Source: Squalus acanthias
Lineage: Eukaryota
Reading direction: 5' to 3'
Assembly (NCBI GenBank): GCA_030390025.1
Contig: CM059438.1
Span: 66,714,001 to 66,778,000 of the forward strand
Length of the DNA: 64,000 bases
The notes below the pieces were generated by a model that saw only the letters and a list, made by a program, of their open reading frames with translations, searched no databases and was not told where the DNA came from. Numbering within the stretch: position 1 is the first letter of the stretch; the number at the start of each line of letters is the position of its first letter. Positions 26,308 to 38,543 of the stretch are shown in pieces. The translations under genes were made by a program, and so were the position numbers.

Positions 26308-29300
26308 CTTTTTAAAAAATTCGCTTATGGTATCTGGGCATCGCTGGCAAGGCCAGCATTTATTGCCCATACCAAGTTGCCCTTGAGAAGGTGGTGGTGA
26401 GCCGCCTTCTTGAACCGCTGCAGTCCGTGTGGTGAAGGTACTCCCACAGTGCTGTTCGGTAGGGAGTTCCAGGATTTTGACCAGCGATGATGAAGGATCG
26501 GCGATATACTTCCAAGTCAGGATAGTGTGTGACTTGGAGGGGAACTTGGAGGTGGTGGTGTTCCCATGCACCTGCTGCCCTTGTCTTTCTAAGTGGAAGA
26601 GGTCGTGGGTTTGGGAGGTGCTGTCGAAGAAGCCTTGGCGAGTTGCTGCAGTGCATCTTGTAGATGGTGCACACTGCAGCCACGGTACGCTGGTGGTGGA
26701 GGGAGTGCCAATCAAATGGGCTGCTTTGTCCTGGATGGTGTCGAGCTTCTTGAGTGTTGTTGCAGCTGCATTCATCCAGGCAAATGGAGAATATTCCATC
26801 ACACTCCTTACTTGTGCCTTGTAGATGGTGGAAAGGCTTTGGGGAGACAGGAGGTGAGACACTCGCCGCAGAATACCTAGCCTTTAACCTGCTCTTGTTG
26901 CCACAGTATTTATGTGGCTGGTCCAGTTAAGTTTCTGGTCAATGGTGACCCCAGGAAGTTGATGGTGGGGGTTTCGGCGATGGTAATGCCATTGAATGTC
27001 AAGGGGCATTGGTTAGATGCTCACTTGTTGGTGATAGACATTGCCTGGCACTTGTGTGGCATGAATGTTACCTACCACTTATCAGCCCAAGACTGAACGT
27101 TGTCCAGGTCTTGTTGCATGCGGGCATGGACTACTTCATTATCTGAGGAGTTGTGAATGGAACTGAACACTGTGCAGTCATCAGCGAACATCCCCATTTC
27201 TGACCTTATGTTAGAGGGAAGGTCATTGATGAAGCAGCTGGGCCTAGGACACTGCCCTGAGGAACTCCTACAGCAATGTACTGGGGCTGTGATGATTGAC
27301 CTTCAATCACCACAACCATCTTCCTTTGTGCTAGGTATGACTCCAGCCACTGGCGCGTATTCCCCCTGATTCCCATTGACTTTAGTTTTACTCGGGCTCC
27401 TTGATGTCACACTCAGTCAAATGCTGCCTTGATGTCAAGGGCAGTCACTCTCACCTCACCAATTCAGCTCCTTTGTCCATAGGATGTAATGAGGTTGGGA
27501 GCCGAGTGGTCTTGGCGGATCCCAAACTGTGAGCAGGTGCCGCTTGATAGCACTGTCGATGACACCTTCCATCACTTTTCTGATGATTGAGAGTAGACTG
27601 ATGGCGCAGTAAATTGGCCAGGTTGGATTTGTCCTGCTTTTTGTGGACAGGACATACCTGGGCAGTTTTCCACATTGTCAGATAGATGCCAATGTTGTGG
27701 CTGTACTAGAAGCGCGACTAGTTCTAGAGCACAAGTCTTCAGCACGATAGACGGGATGTTGTCGGGGCTCATAGCCTTTGCTGTATCCAGTGCGCTCAGC
27801 CATTTTTGATATCATGTGGAGTGAATCAAATTGACTGAAGACTGGCTTCTGTGATGGTGAGGACCTTGGGAGTAGGCCGATATGGATCATCCACTCGGCA
27901 CTTCTGGCTGAAGATGGTTGCAAACGCTTCAGCCTTGTTTTTTGCACTCACGTGCTGGGCTCCACCATCATTGAGGATGGGGATATTCATGGAGCCTCCT
28001 CCTCCTGTTAGTTGTTTAATGGTCCATCACCATTCACGACTGCAGAGCTTTGATCTGACCTGTTGATTGTGGGCTCTTTTAGCCTTGTCTATAGCATGCT
28101 GCTTCCACTTTTTAGCATGCATGTAGTCCTGTGTTGCAGCTTCCCCAGGTTGGCACCTCATTTTTAGGTATGCCTGGTGCTGCTCCTCTACACTCCTTAT
28201 TGAACCAGGGTTGGTCATGGTAGAGTGAGGGATATGTCAGGCAATGAGGTGGAATACAATTCTGCTGCCCCACAGCGCCTCATGGATGCCCAGTTTTGAG
28301 CTGCTAGATCTGTTTTGAATCTATCCCATTTAGCACGGTGGTAGTGCCACACAACACAGATGGAGGGTGTCCTCAGTGTGAAGAAGGGACTTCGTCACCA
28401 CAATGGCTGTGCGTTGGTCACTGCTACCATGGACAGATGCATCTGCAACAGTTAGATTGGTGAGGACAAGGTTAAGTAGGTTTTTTCCCTCATGTTAGTT
28501 CTCTCACCACCTGAGACAAGCAGTTATGTTCTTCAGGACTCAGCCAGTAGTGGTGCTACTGAGCCATTCTTGGTGATGGACATTGAAGTCCCCCACCCAG
28601 AGTACATTCTGTGCCTTTGCTACTTCTCAGTGCTTCTTCCAACTGGTGTTCAACATGGAGGAGTACTAATTCATCAGCTGAGGGAGGGTAGTAGGTGATA
28701 ATCGGCAGGAGGTTTCCTTGCCCATACTTGAGCTGAAGCCATGAGACTTCATGGGGTCCAGAGTCAATGTTGAGGGCTCCCAGGGCCACTCCTATATACC
28801 ACTGTGCCGCCATCCCTGGTGGGTCTGTCCTGGCATTGGGATGTTGGTGAGGAGGACTTTGCTGGGTGCGCTGTTGCTGTGTCGATAGACGGTGCCAAGG
28901 TCGATCCGTCCAATTTCATTCTTATTGGCCCAAAAATTCGTGAGGAAGCCTTCATGCGAGGGTAAGGCTTCCCCGCGATCTCTCACTGCACGTTGGCTTT
29001 TTCAGTTCCAGCTCGCACGAACTTGATGTTCTGGACAGCTGCTGTGCTGGGCTTGCGTATCCCACAGGCGCAGTTAATTTGTGCGAGCTGTGGGATCACG
29101 TGACTCAGTTAGAGCCAATGGCAGCACACCATCTTCCATTCATAACTTTCACATAAGTGCTGTGAAAGCTATGAATACTATAGCCCCCCAAAAGAACAGC
29201 TAAACCTCAATTAAATTTTTTTTAAAAAACATCACATTAATAAAATAAGTATAGTTAAATAAATTAACCATTTTAAATAAAAAATTAAATTTTTGAAAAA

Positions 29301-29980
29301 TTTTTAAATCTTTTAAAAAGTTATAAAAATAAACTTACCTGTCTTTAAAGTCTCTAAAAAAGATATACCTGTTAAAAAAAATTCAAAATAATACTTAATT
29401 CACTACTTACCTTGTTAAAAGTGGGTCTTACTCCTCCTTTTTTTATGTGTAAAATCTTCCATGCTTACCTGCGCGTTGAAACCACTAAGTGCACAGCGTG
29501 CGCGCAGCCTGTAGCGCGCATGCGGTTCACTTAGGAACCGCCCCCTTTTCCATTCACCAAGTGCCGGTTTTCAGCGCATGCGCATTACATGCAGAAAACC
29601 GGCAATTGGAGACAGAATACGCGTATCAACACAAATTTTTGGGCCATTATGTTTTATAGCGGTTAGTTACAACTGAGTGACTTGCTCGGCCATTTCAGAG
29701 GGCAGTTAAGAGTCAGCCACATTGCTGAGGGTCTGGAGTCACACATAGGCCAGACCAGGTAAGGACGGCAGATTTCCTTCCCTAAAGGACATTAGTAAAC
29801 CAGATGGGTTTTTACAACAATCCGCTAGTTTCATGGTTACCATTACTGATGCTAGCTTTTTATTCCAGATTTATTTAATTGAATTTAAATACCCCCAGCA
29901 GGATTTGAATTCACATCTCTGGATCTATTAGCTGAGACCTCTCGATTACTAGCCCAGTGACATTACCACTACGCTACCGT
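26308..29980 (-). mobile_element. Degraded LINE (CR1/Jockey-group-like APE+RT) with tRNA-like 5' head and no obvious ORF1
   Basis: Minus peptides KVLLTNI, WKTAQVCPVHKKQDKSN, YKAQVRSVMEYSPFAW; 3' tail gggcaataaatgctggcc; 5' head acggtagcgtagtggtaatgtc...gaattcaaatcc. Confidence 0.75.
28927..29645. mobile_element. Harbinger-type MITE inserted in the LINE 5' region
   Basis: TIR GGCCCAAAAATT / AATTTTTGGGCC; ATT TSD (28924-28926, 29646-29648). Confidence 0.8.
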
Positions 29981-31456
29981 TCCCCTTTCTGCATTCTGAC
30001 TTGGCTGCTGATCATGTTAACCTTTCTTAGCTTCTCGGAGGCTCAGCAGAACATAAGATGTCTCACTCACAGTCCAGACGATTAGTGTGATCAGGGGCCA
30101 TCTGTTTACCAGTTCCACCTTTCCCATTGTTACAGCACCTCCTTATCTGATGATGACCTCCTGATGTGATTAACTTTTGACTAGCTTGCAAGTTCCTACA
30201 GTCTTTATGTCATCAGTTCTTCTTAAGTTTAAACTAGGTAATTTTGGATACGCAAGGCATGATGGTAAAGTAAGCAGTCAAGATGTCAACTTCTAAATCC
30301 TTCCAGTAGATACAATGTTCATTTACACTGCCCAGGTCATGACAGAGAGGATCCATTGTGTATTTGCAGTATAACACCCAGACCTGACGGGCATTTTGTA
30401 TTTCAGGCTGGATCTTCGGAGAGCAGATTAAGAGCGGAGTTCTCCCTAATTTGTGTTTAAATCATGCCCTCGGTCTCCATGTGAACACAGTGGTGAAGTA
30501 CACTCTCGGGAAACTCGCGTGTTGAGTGGCCATGACAAAATGGCCGCTGTGCATGCGCGACATAATGTCATCGTGACCTTGTCAACCAGTGACCTTGTGA
30601 TAGTCAAAACACGCGCAGGGTGGGTGTGTTTACAGGGTGATATAATATCGTCACGGGTGGGGTTATCTTTGCACAGCTGAGATCGAGGTGCCGCTAGTGC
30701 AGTGCTCACACTGGGCCCAGTTCAGCCTGTCGAAAATACGCCGATGGCTTTACCTTCAACTGGGCCCCTGGCTGCGAGAGACCCAATCTACCGCAGCTGA
30801 TGGCCTGAGGATAATATCAAAATAGCTTAAGACTGCCTCTTTTTGTGAAATTCAAAAGCATTCAGAGGGCAAAATAGGGGCGTGACAAGAGTTTGGATCA
30901 CGGCCTGGGTTCTTAAGTTTCAAGACAATCTAAAGCCAGAACCTCCGGTCCAATACCAGTTGTGTATGGACTCTAATTGCTTCCTGTTGGGAGGATATTT
31001 CACCCCCCACAGCCATTGGCTTCATTCCAGTGCAATAATAGTCGCAACTCAGCCTGCCTAACCACTCAATAAACATTGAATGTACGACCTATCTGGAGAA
31101 AAGAAGCTCCCAATATGATTACTTTATGGCACCACACTGATGTAAATCAATCCATACTTGTGTGATTTATGTAAAAAGTTGATCTCAGTGTTGTCGCCCT
31201 CAGGCCTGTATAGGGATTGGAGTTGCTCACAGTGCGCTCCTAAACTTCTAGTATGCTGTGCTGCATACCCTTCCTCTTCCCTTTATCTTCACTGTTGAAA
31301 TCAAGGCTCAGGGCACCGCTTCCAACTCCAACTCCTTCTTTCCCAGGACCGTGACATTGTTCCTACAATCTGTAGGGTTTCAAAACCCAAGTTTAATGAT
31401 GCCTAATCACAATGATTTAACTTGTCATCTCTCCTTATTAGTTTCAACCATGAGAG

Positions 31457-33218
31457 TGTAACCGGTTTCTGCGGTGGCCAATTTCCTCTGGCCCCTGCCG
31501 CAATCGCCAATTATTGTAAGTGGTTTCGCCCCGCCCGTAGCTAGCATGCAAACCCCCTTACTACAAGTTCTGGACAATAGGGATTACTGAGGACAGATTG
31601 GAACACGGATAGCGTTTTCAGGCTCACTTGTACAGTGTTTATTAAGGTTGACAAAACCACTCCACTCGCATACAGTACGAGCGGTGTGAACACAACAGTA
31701 CAGTTTAAAACAGTACAACCCTGACTTGTCCAACAAGCCCCTGCCATGCTGACTTACCACGGCCTAAAAACACCCTCCCGTGAACTAAACTATCACAGGA
31801 CCCTTCCAACGCTAAACCCCCTCTGGTTTGGTAGGAACATACAGGCACCCCCTCACACAGCTAAGTGATCTTGTGGGTGTGCAGGCTTGGCAATGCTCAC
31901 CTAGATTGCCCTTGATCTTGCTTGCAGCTTCCTCCCATACGTCTCGGCTACCTGGTTCTGCACCGGCCTTGTGGCATGCGAGTCCCAGTCTGAGTCGAAG
32001 TCCGTCTCGGTTGGAAGAGCAAGGCTCAGCTCCTCTTGACGTTCCATTGTGGGGAGGGCAGGAGAGAGAGAGAGTTCTATCCAAAAATGTTCTCTGATAT
32101 ACCCCTTCAATACACAAACCGCTGTCTGTGGTTTTAATGGACACATGGGGCTGGATTTTCAATGACCCGTGGAGGCGGGTTTGGAGGCATGTGGGTGGTT
32201 AAAATTGCGAAAAGTGGCGGGCGGACCCGATCCCGCCTCCATTCCGCCTCCACGCAATTTTGATGAAATCGTGTGCGGTGGTCCCATCTCCGTCCCGCCT
32301 CCAAGAGGCGGGAGAGGCCATTAAAGCCCTTAACAAGCCCTAAATAGGCTCTGTAATGCCATTTTGAAATGTTTTAGCTAGCTTAACCCTTCTCCCACGT
32401 GAAGCACGCCTGATCTGAAACACGCCAGTGAAACCTGGCTGGAGCACAAGTGGATATCAGCTGCAGGTCCACTATTACAACGGAGATGTGATGAAGGTAG
32501 TAGTAGTATTAGGTCTGAAAGTTGCCTCTGTTGCTGCTGCATTGAATGTCTTCAGAAACTGCCTGGCCTTTGCTGTGAGAGGACCTGGATGCAAAAAAAA
32601 TTCTCTCTTTCTCTCTCTCTCTCTCTCTGAGATGCTGCTCATTTTGCAGCCAGGTCCTCTCACAACAAAGGCCAGGCAGTCTCTGACCTGCAATGCAGCA
32701 GCAATGATGACATCATCAGAGGCGACTTTCAGACTGAAACCACTAATTGGTTCATGGGTTCCCACATGCTGGAACTCAATTGCTCAATTAAGTGAAAATT
32801 GCATCAATCTCCCACATCCAATTGCAGTCGGGTGGATAACACAAAATGCGGATTACACGATTCCAGCCCACCCCAGTATCAAAATCCAGCCCATGGCCTC
32901 AGGGAAATGGTTTCCAGGCCTCCTCCCAGGTTTGGATGGTTTAGATCTCGTTTCGATCTCCAAGCCGATTTAATATAACGAGCTCATCTTCTTCAGAAAC
33001 AATGAGTCGCCAGCCTCGTTATTCATGACTTGGGAGTGGGCCTCTCGGGCCATTGTTCCCAAGGACAGTCCGTTACCATACGAATGCAACCTGGTTACGT
33101 CAGCCACCCTCAGCTTGAGTGTTTTTCCATAGCTTCCCCCGCAAACAGCCTGTCCAGTTTTTAATAAGGGTACATGTTCATAATCTAAAAATCCATGGAG
33201 TCTGCACCGATGGCTACA
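31457..33218 (-). repeat. 3' LTR of the outer element (contains MITE 32148-32892)
   Basis: Collinear with 55553-56615; adjacent purine tract caaaggggggcc on the minus strand (33219-33230). Confidence 0.93.
32148..32892. mobile_element. Harbinger non-autonomous element
   Basis: TIR GGGCTGGATTTT / AAAATCCAGCCC; ATG TSD; empty site acacATGgcctc present in the other LTR (about 56286-56297). Confidence 0.92.
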
Positions 33219-33416
33219 GGCCCCCCTTTGATATTTCAACTTTTCCCAAACAGAAATATCATCAAAAGTTCTGTTGTCTTCTGCTGCGGGAGGCGCACTG
33301 TATATCCCAACCAAACCGTACATCAAATGTTACCCCAGGGTCCTGTATCTCACACTTTATACAACAAATCACATCACAGTTACAGGTATATATACAAACA
33401 GACAGTCAACACTGGA

Positions 33417-35069
33417 CTATTCTTTAATCAAAGTTTGCCACTGGTTTCGGAGTGTGTTACTTCGCTTTCTGCATGACAATCGGAGAAGATAAAACACTAA
33501 CACACATTGAACTATTACAATCACATGAGAAATCACACGAATGCATGGGGGAATCTCGATATTCAGACTGATGTCCCACCATGGCGGAGAAACCAGTTCT
33601 TTTATCTCATCTCCCATTTCCCTGTTCCATTGCTCGAGGGTATAGAAATGCTTTTGGGAGAGTTCAACTTCCTTTATTAATTTTGTGAGGTGTTTGGGCA
33701 GAGGAGGAATTTCATACCCGAACCGTGTTAGGTATTGCTGCAGGTCTTGTATTGTATCATTCACCGTGAGGTGTACCGTGGTGGGCTCTGGAATGGGAAT
33801 GATGCGCTCTTGAGCCACCTGAACTTCTGTGTGGGGTTTGAAGCAGAAAGTCTTATCGGTGACCGGGCACCAAGTGTCGTTGTGTGCCTGATACTGGTCC
33901 ACGCTTGTCGTGACGCAGTACGTCCCTCAGCCCGCATATGCTACCTGGGGTGGAACGTGGCTTTGGGCCATCACCTCCATGGTGCAATTAATGGGCTCAG
34001 CACCCTCTGATTCAAACCTGCACACCGGCCGATTAAACGCATTCAAATGCTGGGGACACAACACCACGTGCGCGCCCCTGCTCTGGCATCCATTGAGGTC
34101 AGTGCCGGTCATGGCGTGCTCCCACTTTACAACAAACGGTGGGGCCCCATGATGTCGCACGTGCACCCCGTCCCTTAGGACGCCAATATTCTCTACTCGG
34201 TATACCGGCGCTGGCCGCGGTGACCCGCCCATTACCGGCATCTGGAGTACAATCCCTATTACAGTGTGGTTGGACTGGCCACAGTCAACTGGGACCGGAT
34301 ATGCCTCTGAGGCCAGTCGGAGTTGGCACGGGCTCATTAAATTTTCGTACGGGCTGAACGCAGTGAGGTGCCGGTTGCTGACCCACGAAGAGACGCGACC
34401 TTGCTGCAGGTCCTCCAAATTACTGCGCCCTTCGTTCAGCAGCCACGCACCGTACAACACACCCGCATCATTTTTCGCTGCCTGCGCTGAGGCATTCTGA
34501 TCCTCCCTGATCAAACTATTGATCGTCTGAGCGTGTGCCTCCAGCTCGGCTATGACTTCCTTTAAATGTATAGTCATAGCCTGATCTTCCCGTAACTCCG
34601 ACCCCTCTAGCTCGTTACCCTCCCCCAGTATCTTTCGCAGCTGGTCCCTTAAGGTGTTGACCTGCGTCTGCAACTGTGCATCGTCCATACTGTTGATAAT
34701 GGACGTGCACGTGCTGAAGGCTGTAGCCGCATCATTAAATACCCCCCCGTTTATATCTCCCCGAACCAACACGATGGTTTACAGTTAAATCGTACAGACT
34801 TTCCTGATTCACGTCCCCGTAACTTAATTCATAAAATTGTCGGAATATTTCCTTCAACAGGGCCTCATATATTTTTTCCGTTTCTACCGGACACCACCGG
34901 GGCAGCTGTACCCGGGTTAAATTTAGAATGACCGACGCGACTTCGTAGTGAACATCTTGGTATAAGATCTTGCCGGTCGGGACTAACACTAACCCATTCC
35001 TTGGTCTTGGTGTGGTGGCGGGCAACTAATCTGTGTTTCCTGTACCGGTGGGGCTGTGGGCAGGGGCTT
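33417..35069 (-). pseudogene. Outer element env, C-terminal part (F-like fusion protein), frameshifted
   Basis: NGLVLVPTGKIL, RYKR|GVFNDAATAFST, Cys-rich region and TM VISHVIVIVQCVLVFYLL; clearly homologous to the inner env. Confidence 0.9.
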
Positions 35070-36727
35070 TGTAGAATTCGCAATATATCGCGATTTTATT
35101 TTAATAAGGAGAAAACACAGAGTTTCGTTCAAACAGCTTTTATTCCAGCAGAATGCTGCCAGGTTTAAAGTGGACACAAGCAGCCTGTAAAATGGCCGCC
35201 GCACCTCGTGACAGAACATTCTAGACTTTTCAACAGGCAGACAAGATGGCGTTCCAATAAACATTTGTGCAAGATCGATTAAGATTCAGCACAGTGAAGA
35301 TAATACACGAGACATTATGGGTTTGCAGTATACACATAAATACTGAAATCGGTCTCCCAGGTACAAATGAAAGCTATTGTACCGAGTAATCAAGGGCCCA
35401 TCCAAAAGACATTAATATGTAAAATCCCAACGACTCTACGATGAGAGAGCCGTTAGCAGGTAGTTATACAAAACACTTGGAAGCCCCACAACCCCTCCAG
35501 GGAGAACACCGACCGATTTAACAATGGGAGAAATATTAACAGCTACTCAGACATTTACGAGTAGCCCCGAAACCCATTAAGAACGGAGATCACCCATACA
35601 AGACATTTGAGCGCCAGACCCTAAACAAAAGAATGGACATTAAGGTTGGGCGGGAAACGGAAGATTTTGCACTATAATTGCAGGCTCCAAACCGTCCATC
35701 TCTCTCTTATCATCGTGGCTGCTCCTGTGCTCTTATCCTGTGCTCTAATTCGTAACCTCGTGGCTGCTCCTGTGTACTCGTAGTCGGGCTCCTGCTTGCC
35801 TGTTGACTCTTTGAAAAAGGACTGTTGAACTTTCTGATCCGTTCGGATCTACCTCGTGTCGCGTAACGAAGACCTATGTTGGTAACTGGCAGCGGAACCA
35901 AAGGCCCGAGATGAGATGAGATGAGATGAGATGAGATGAGAAGAGAGGAAGACCATATCCATCGCCACGGTCAGTAAATCCCGACCGCGCCTGTAGGTCG
36001 AACAGCCAAGTTTTCCTTGCCAGGAAGACTTTTTCGAAAAGAACATATCACATCGATGATATTGACTGAACTGTGCTTGGAAAAGTACCTGTTAAACCAA
36101 CCAACACAGGTCTTCATCACAGCAGACGGTCCAGCCTGCTAGCCGGAGCAGCAGAAGCAAGTAAACAAGTGGGACCAGGAGATCTCCTGACCGACACGTG
36201 GGTGCTGCGGTGAAAAACATCCGATCAGCTATTCGGAATTTCTCCGAGTTATCACGAGTGGTGAGCATGAGTCTCGAAATCCTACGAATCTAGTTAGGAT
36301 AGATATTGATAGGGGAGGGTTTAAGGATTAAGGATATTTGTAATGTGTGCCCCTATTTACGGTGTGCCGTTCGTTCCTCATTTCCCTAAGATCGACTATA
36401 TAACTGCTTGTAAGATTGTACTGTCATTAATCTGTGCTTATGACATGTATTTCATAATCTTAAGTATCATGCAATAAAGATTTGCCATTTCGTACCATTC
36501 AACCGAGTCTACATGAGTTTCATCTCCATTACTGCTCTCGCATCTAAGTCCAGTGTCTAGAACCGTAAGGGCGAGTGATTCGAACCACTCACAGGTGTGT
36601 CTAGTGTTCCCAGACTGGCTGGAGACCAGAACAGGCAACAAGGCCTAGACCCGCACTGACATACAGGCTGCACAGAGCCGCGTGAACCTCACAGGCTGCG
36701 AGACACGCAGGGTCAGAATCCCTTACA
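35070..36727 (+). repeat. 5' LTR of the inner element
   Basis: TGTAG...TTACA; near-identical to 46135-47792; AATAAA at 36473; (GAGAT)n at about 35907-35940. Confidence 0.97.
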
Positions 36728-36732
36728 GAAAA

Positions 36733-36750
36733 TGGCGACCGCGGCAGGAC
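36733..36750 (+). promoter_or_regulatory. Primer-binding site, tRNA-Arg(UCG)
   Basis: TGGCGACCGCGGCAGGAC is the complement of GTCCTGCCGCGGTCG-CCA, which I recall as the 3' end of vertebrate tRNA-Arg-TCG. Confidence 0.85.
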
Positions 36751-36785
36751 ACTAGCAGCGAGAGGGTAGTGTGTTAGACTTTGGA

Positions 36786-38543
36786 ATGACTGTACGAAAT
36801 GTTATGCAGGAAAAGATAGCAGATTATGTGTTCAGAAAGGTTAATCTAACTAAAAAGTGGATAAGTGAATTGTTAACGGATAAAAGCCCGCTAGAGGCAG
36901 CCGAAAGGTGGACAGATAGTAAAGAACATAAAAAGACGCTTGAGAAAGCAGTCTGGCTTATGTGTTACAAAAGGCAGGTTCAGATTTCAAACCAGACCAT
37001 TACAGCGCTAGTAGCTCGAATCAGTCACTTAGAGGGAGAAATGGATGAGAAGGTTTCTGGAGGGGAGGTGCTCATTAAGAATTTAAATGAGTTGCACCAA
37101 GAAAGCCAGGAAATCTCCAGTCACCTTAAAACAAGGATAGATTATCTCGAGTGCCAGGTCACTGAGGCAAAGTTGAATGAGAGCAGGTTAAAGGAAAGAT
37201 GTAACCGCCAAGCTGCCCAGATAAGAACTCAAGAAGAGAGCTTAACGGGGGTTAGGGCGGCATATAAGTTGGCCCTTGAGGATAAGTTTGAGGGAGCCGA
37301 CCATAGCGCCTGCCAAAGGGAGATAGAGCACCTCAAGAAGGCCGTAAACAAGGCGAACGGCATGGTGTGCCTGATCAGTCCGTCAGCACACCAGCCGTTA
37401 GTAGGTGAGAAGTTTAAGAAATCCCCACCAAGCAAAGCAGAAGAAGTAGTAGCCACTGCGCCCTCCGCGCCACCCAGCTATTCGGAAACCTGGGTAAGGG
37501 AGGAAGCAATGGAAGAAACAAAAGAGCCCATTGAAAAAGAAGTAGGAAAGGGACCGTTGTATCCAGTAACGGGTATTAAAAGGGGCCCAAACAGAAACGG
37601 TGGGGAAGAACCGGGGGATCTCCTCGGACAGCTTGTGTTGCCTCACAGCTCACATCAGCTGAGAGCTATGATAAATCACGTACGGAAGCTGACCGAGTCA
37701 GACGACCCTTCCGTACATTTCAGAGAAGTTGAGCAAGCCGCAGCCATTAACGGCTGCGATGATGGGGAGACAGCAAAAATGCTGCTGTTCTCATTAGACA
37801 GTTCGGTCCTTCAGTGTCTCTCAGGCGAGAGCAAGAGGGGAACCAAGACTTATGAGGAATTGAGGGATGAGGTCCTGGAAGTGTTGGGGGCGAACGATGA
37901 AGGTCCGTTTGCTAGAGTGGGACAGACAGTGCAGATGGAGGGAGAACCCCCGAAGGTTTTTGCCGACAGGCTGTGGCCAGTATATGAGCGCAGCTGCCTA
38001 GGTGCGCCCGAGCGCGAAGATGTGGAAGGCACCGCTTTAACTCATTGGCTTAGGTGCATAATAGCCAACAGTTTACCAGCCGTCAGAGAGCAGGCAAAAG
38101 CATGGTTTGATCCCAATGACCCCAACATTACGGAAGAGTCGGTCTTGAATCGACTCACGTTAGGTTATCGCAATATAAGGGGTATGGCAACACGTCCCCT
38201 TAAGGGAAGAGTACATGAGGTACGACCCGCAGCCCCGTATCAAAGAGAGTGGCATCAGGAGGGTAATCGCGCCCCACAGGCAGGTAATGCTTGTTACGGG
38301 TGTGGGAAGACAGGGCACTGGCGCAAGCATTGCAGGAACCCTTGGAAGGATTCCAAGGATAAAAATCCCGCGGTCCGAGCTCAGGCGCCTGTCCCGGCTA
38401 AGGAAGCTAAGGCACCCACCCCTCCCGACGACCTCGAAGTAGTGTTAGGAGCCATGCGCAATCTAATCTTGAGTGCATGTGGACAGGTGGCGGTCGCAAC
38501 CGGCCCCGTAGGTGCCGCAGGACCGTCTAATAGTACCCCATGA
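36786..38543 (+). CDS. gag: Gag (N-terminal coiled coil, capsid-like region, one CCHC knuckle)
   Basis: Open frame from the first ATG at 36786; CYGCGKTGHWRKHC at 38292-38333; ends TGA-CTAG in frame with the protease. Confidence 0.92.
   Translation: MTVRNVMQEKIADYVFRKVNLTKKWISELLTDKSPLEAAERWTDSKEHKKTLEKAVWLMCYKRQVQISNQTITALVARISHLEGEMDEKVSGGEVLIKNLNELHQESQEISSHLKTRIDYLECQVTEAKLNESRLKERCNRQAAQIRTQEESLTGVRAAYKLALEDKFEGADHSACQREIEHLKKAVNKANGMVCLISPSAHQPLVGEKFKKSPPSKAEEVVATAPSAPPSYSETWVREEAMEETKEPIEKEVGKGPLYPVTGIKRGPNRNGGEEPGDLLGQLVLPHSSHQLRAMINHVRKLTESDDPSVHFREVEQAAAINGCDDGETAKMLLFSLDSSVLQCLSGESKRGTKTYEELRDEVLEVLGANDEGPFARVGQTVQMEGEPPKVFADRLWPVYERSCLGAPEREDVEGTALTHWLRCIIANSLPAVREQAKAWFDPNDPNITEESVLNRLTLGYRNIRGMATRPLKGRVHEVRPAAPYQREWHQEGNRAPQAGNACYGCGKTGHWRKHCRNPWKDSKDKNPAVRAQAPVPAKEAKAPTPPDDLEVVLGAMRNLILSACGQVAVATGPVGAAGPSNSTP

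Noticed and set aside
29895..29980. tRNA gene
   Set aside because: Only degenerate A/B boxes and no full cloverleaf; it is a retroposon head.
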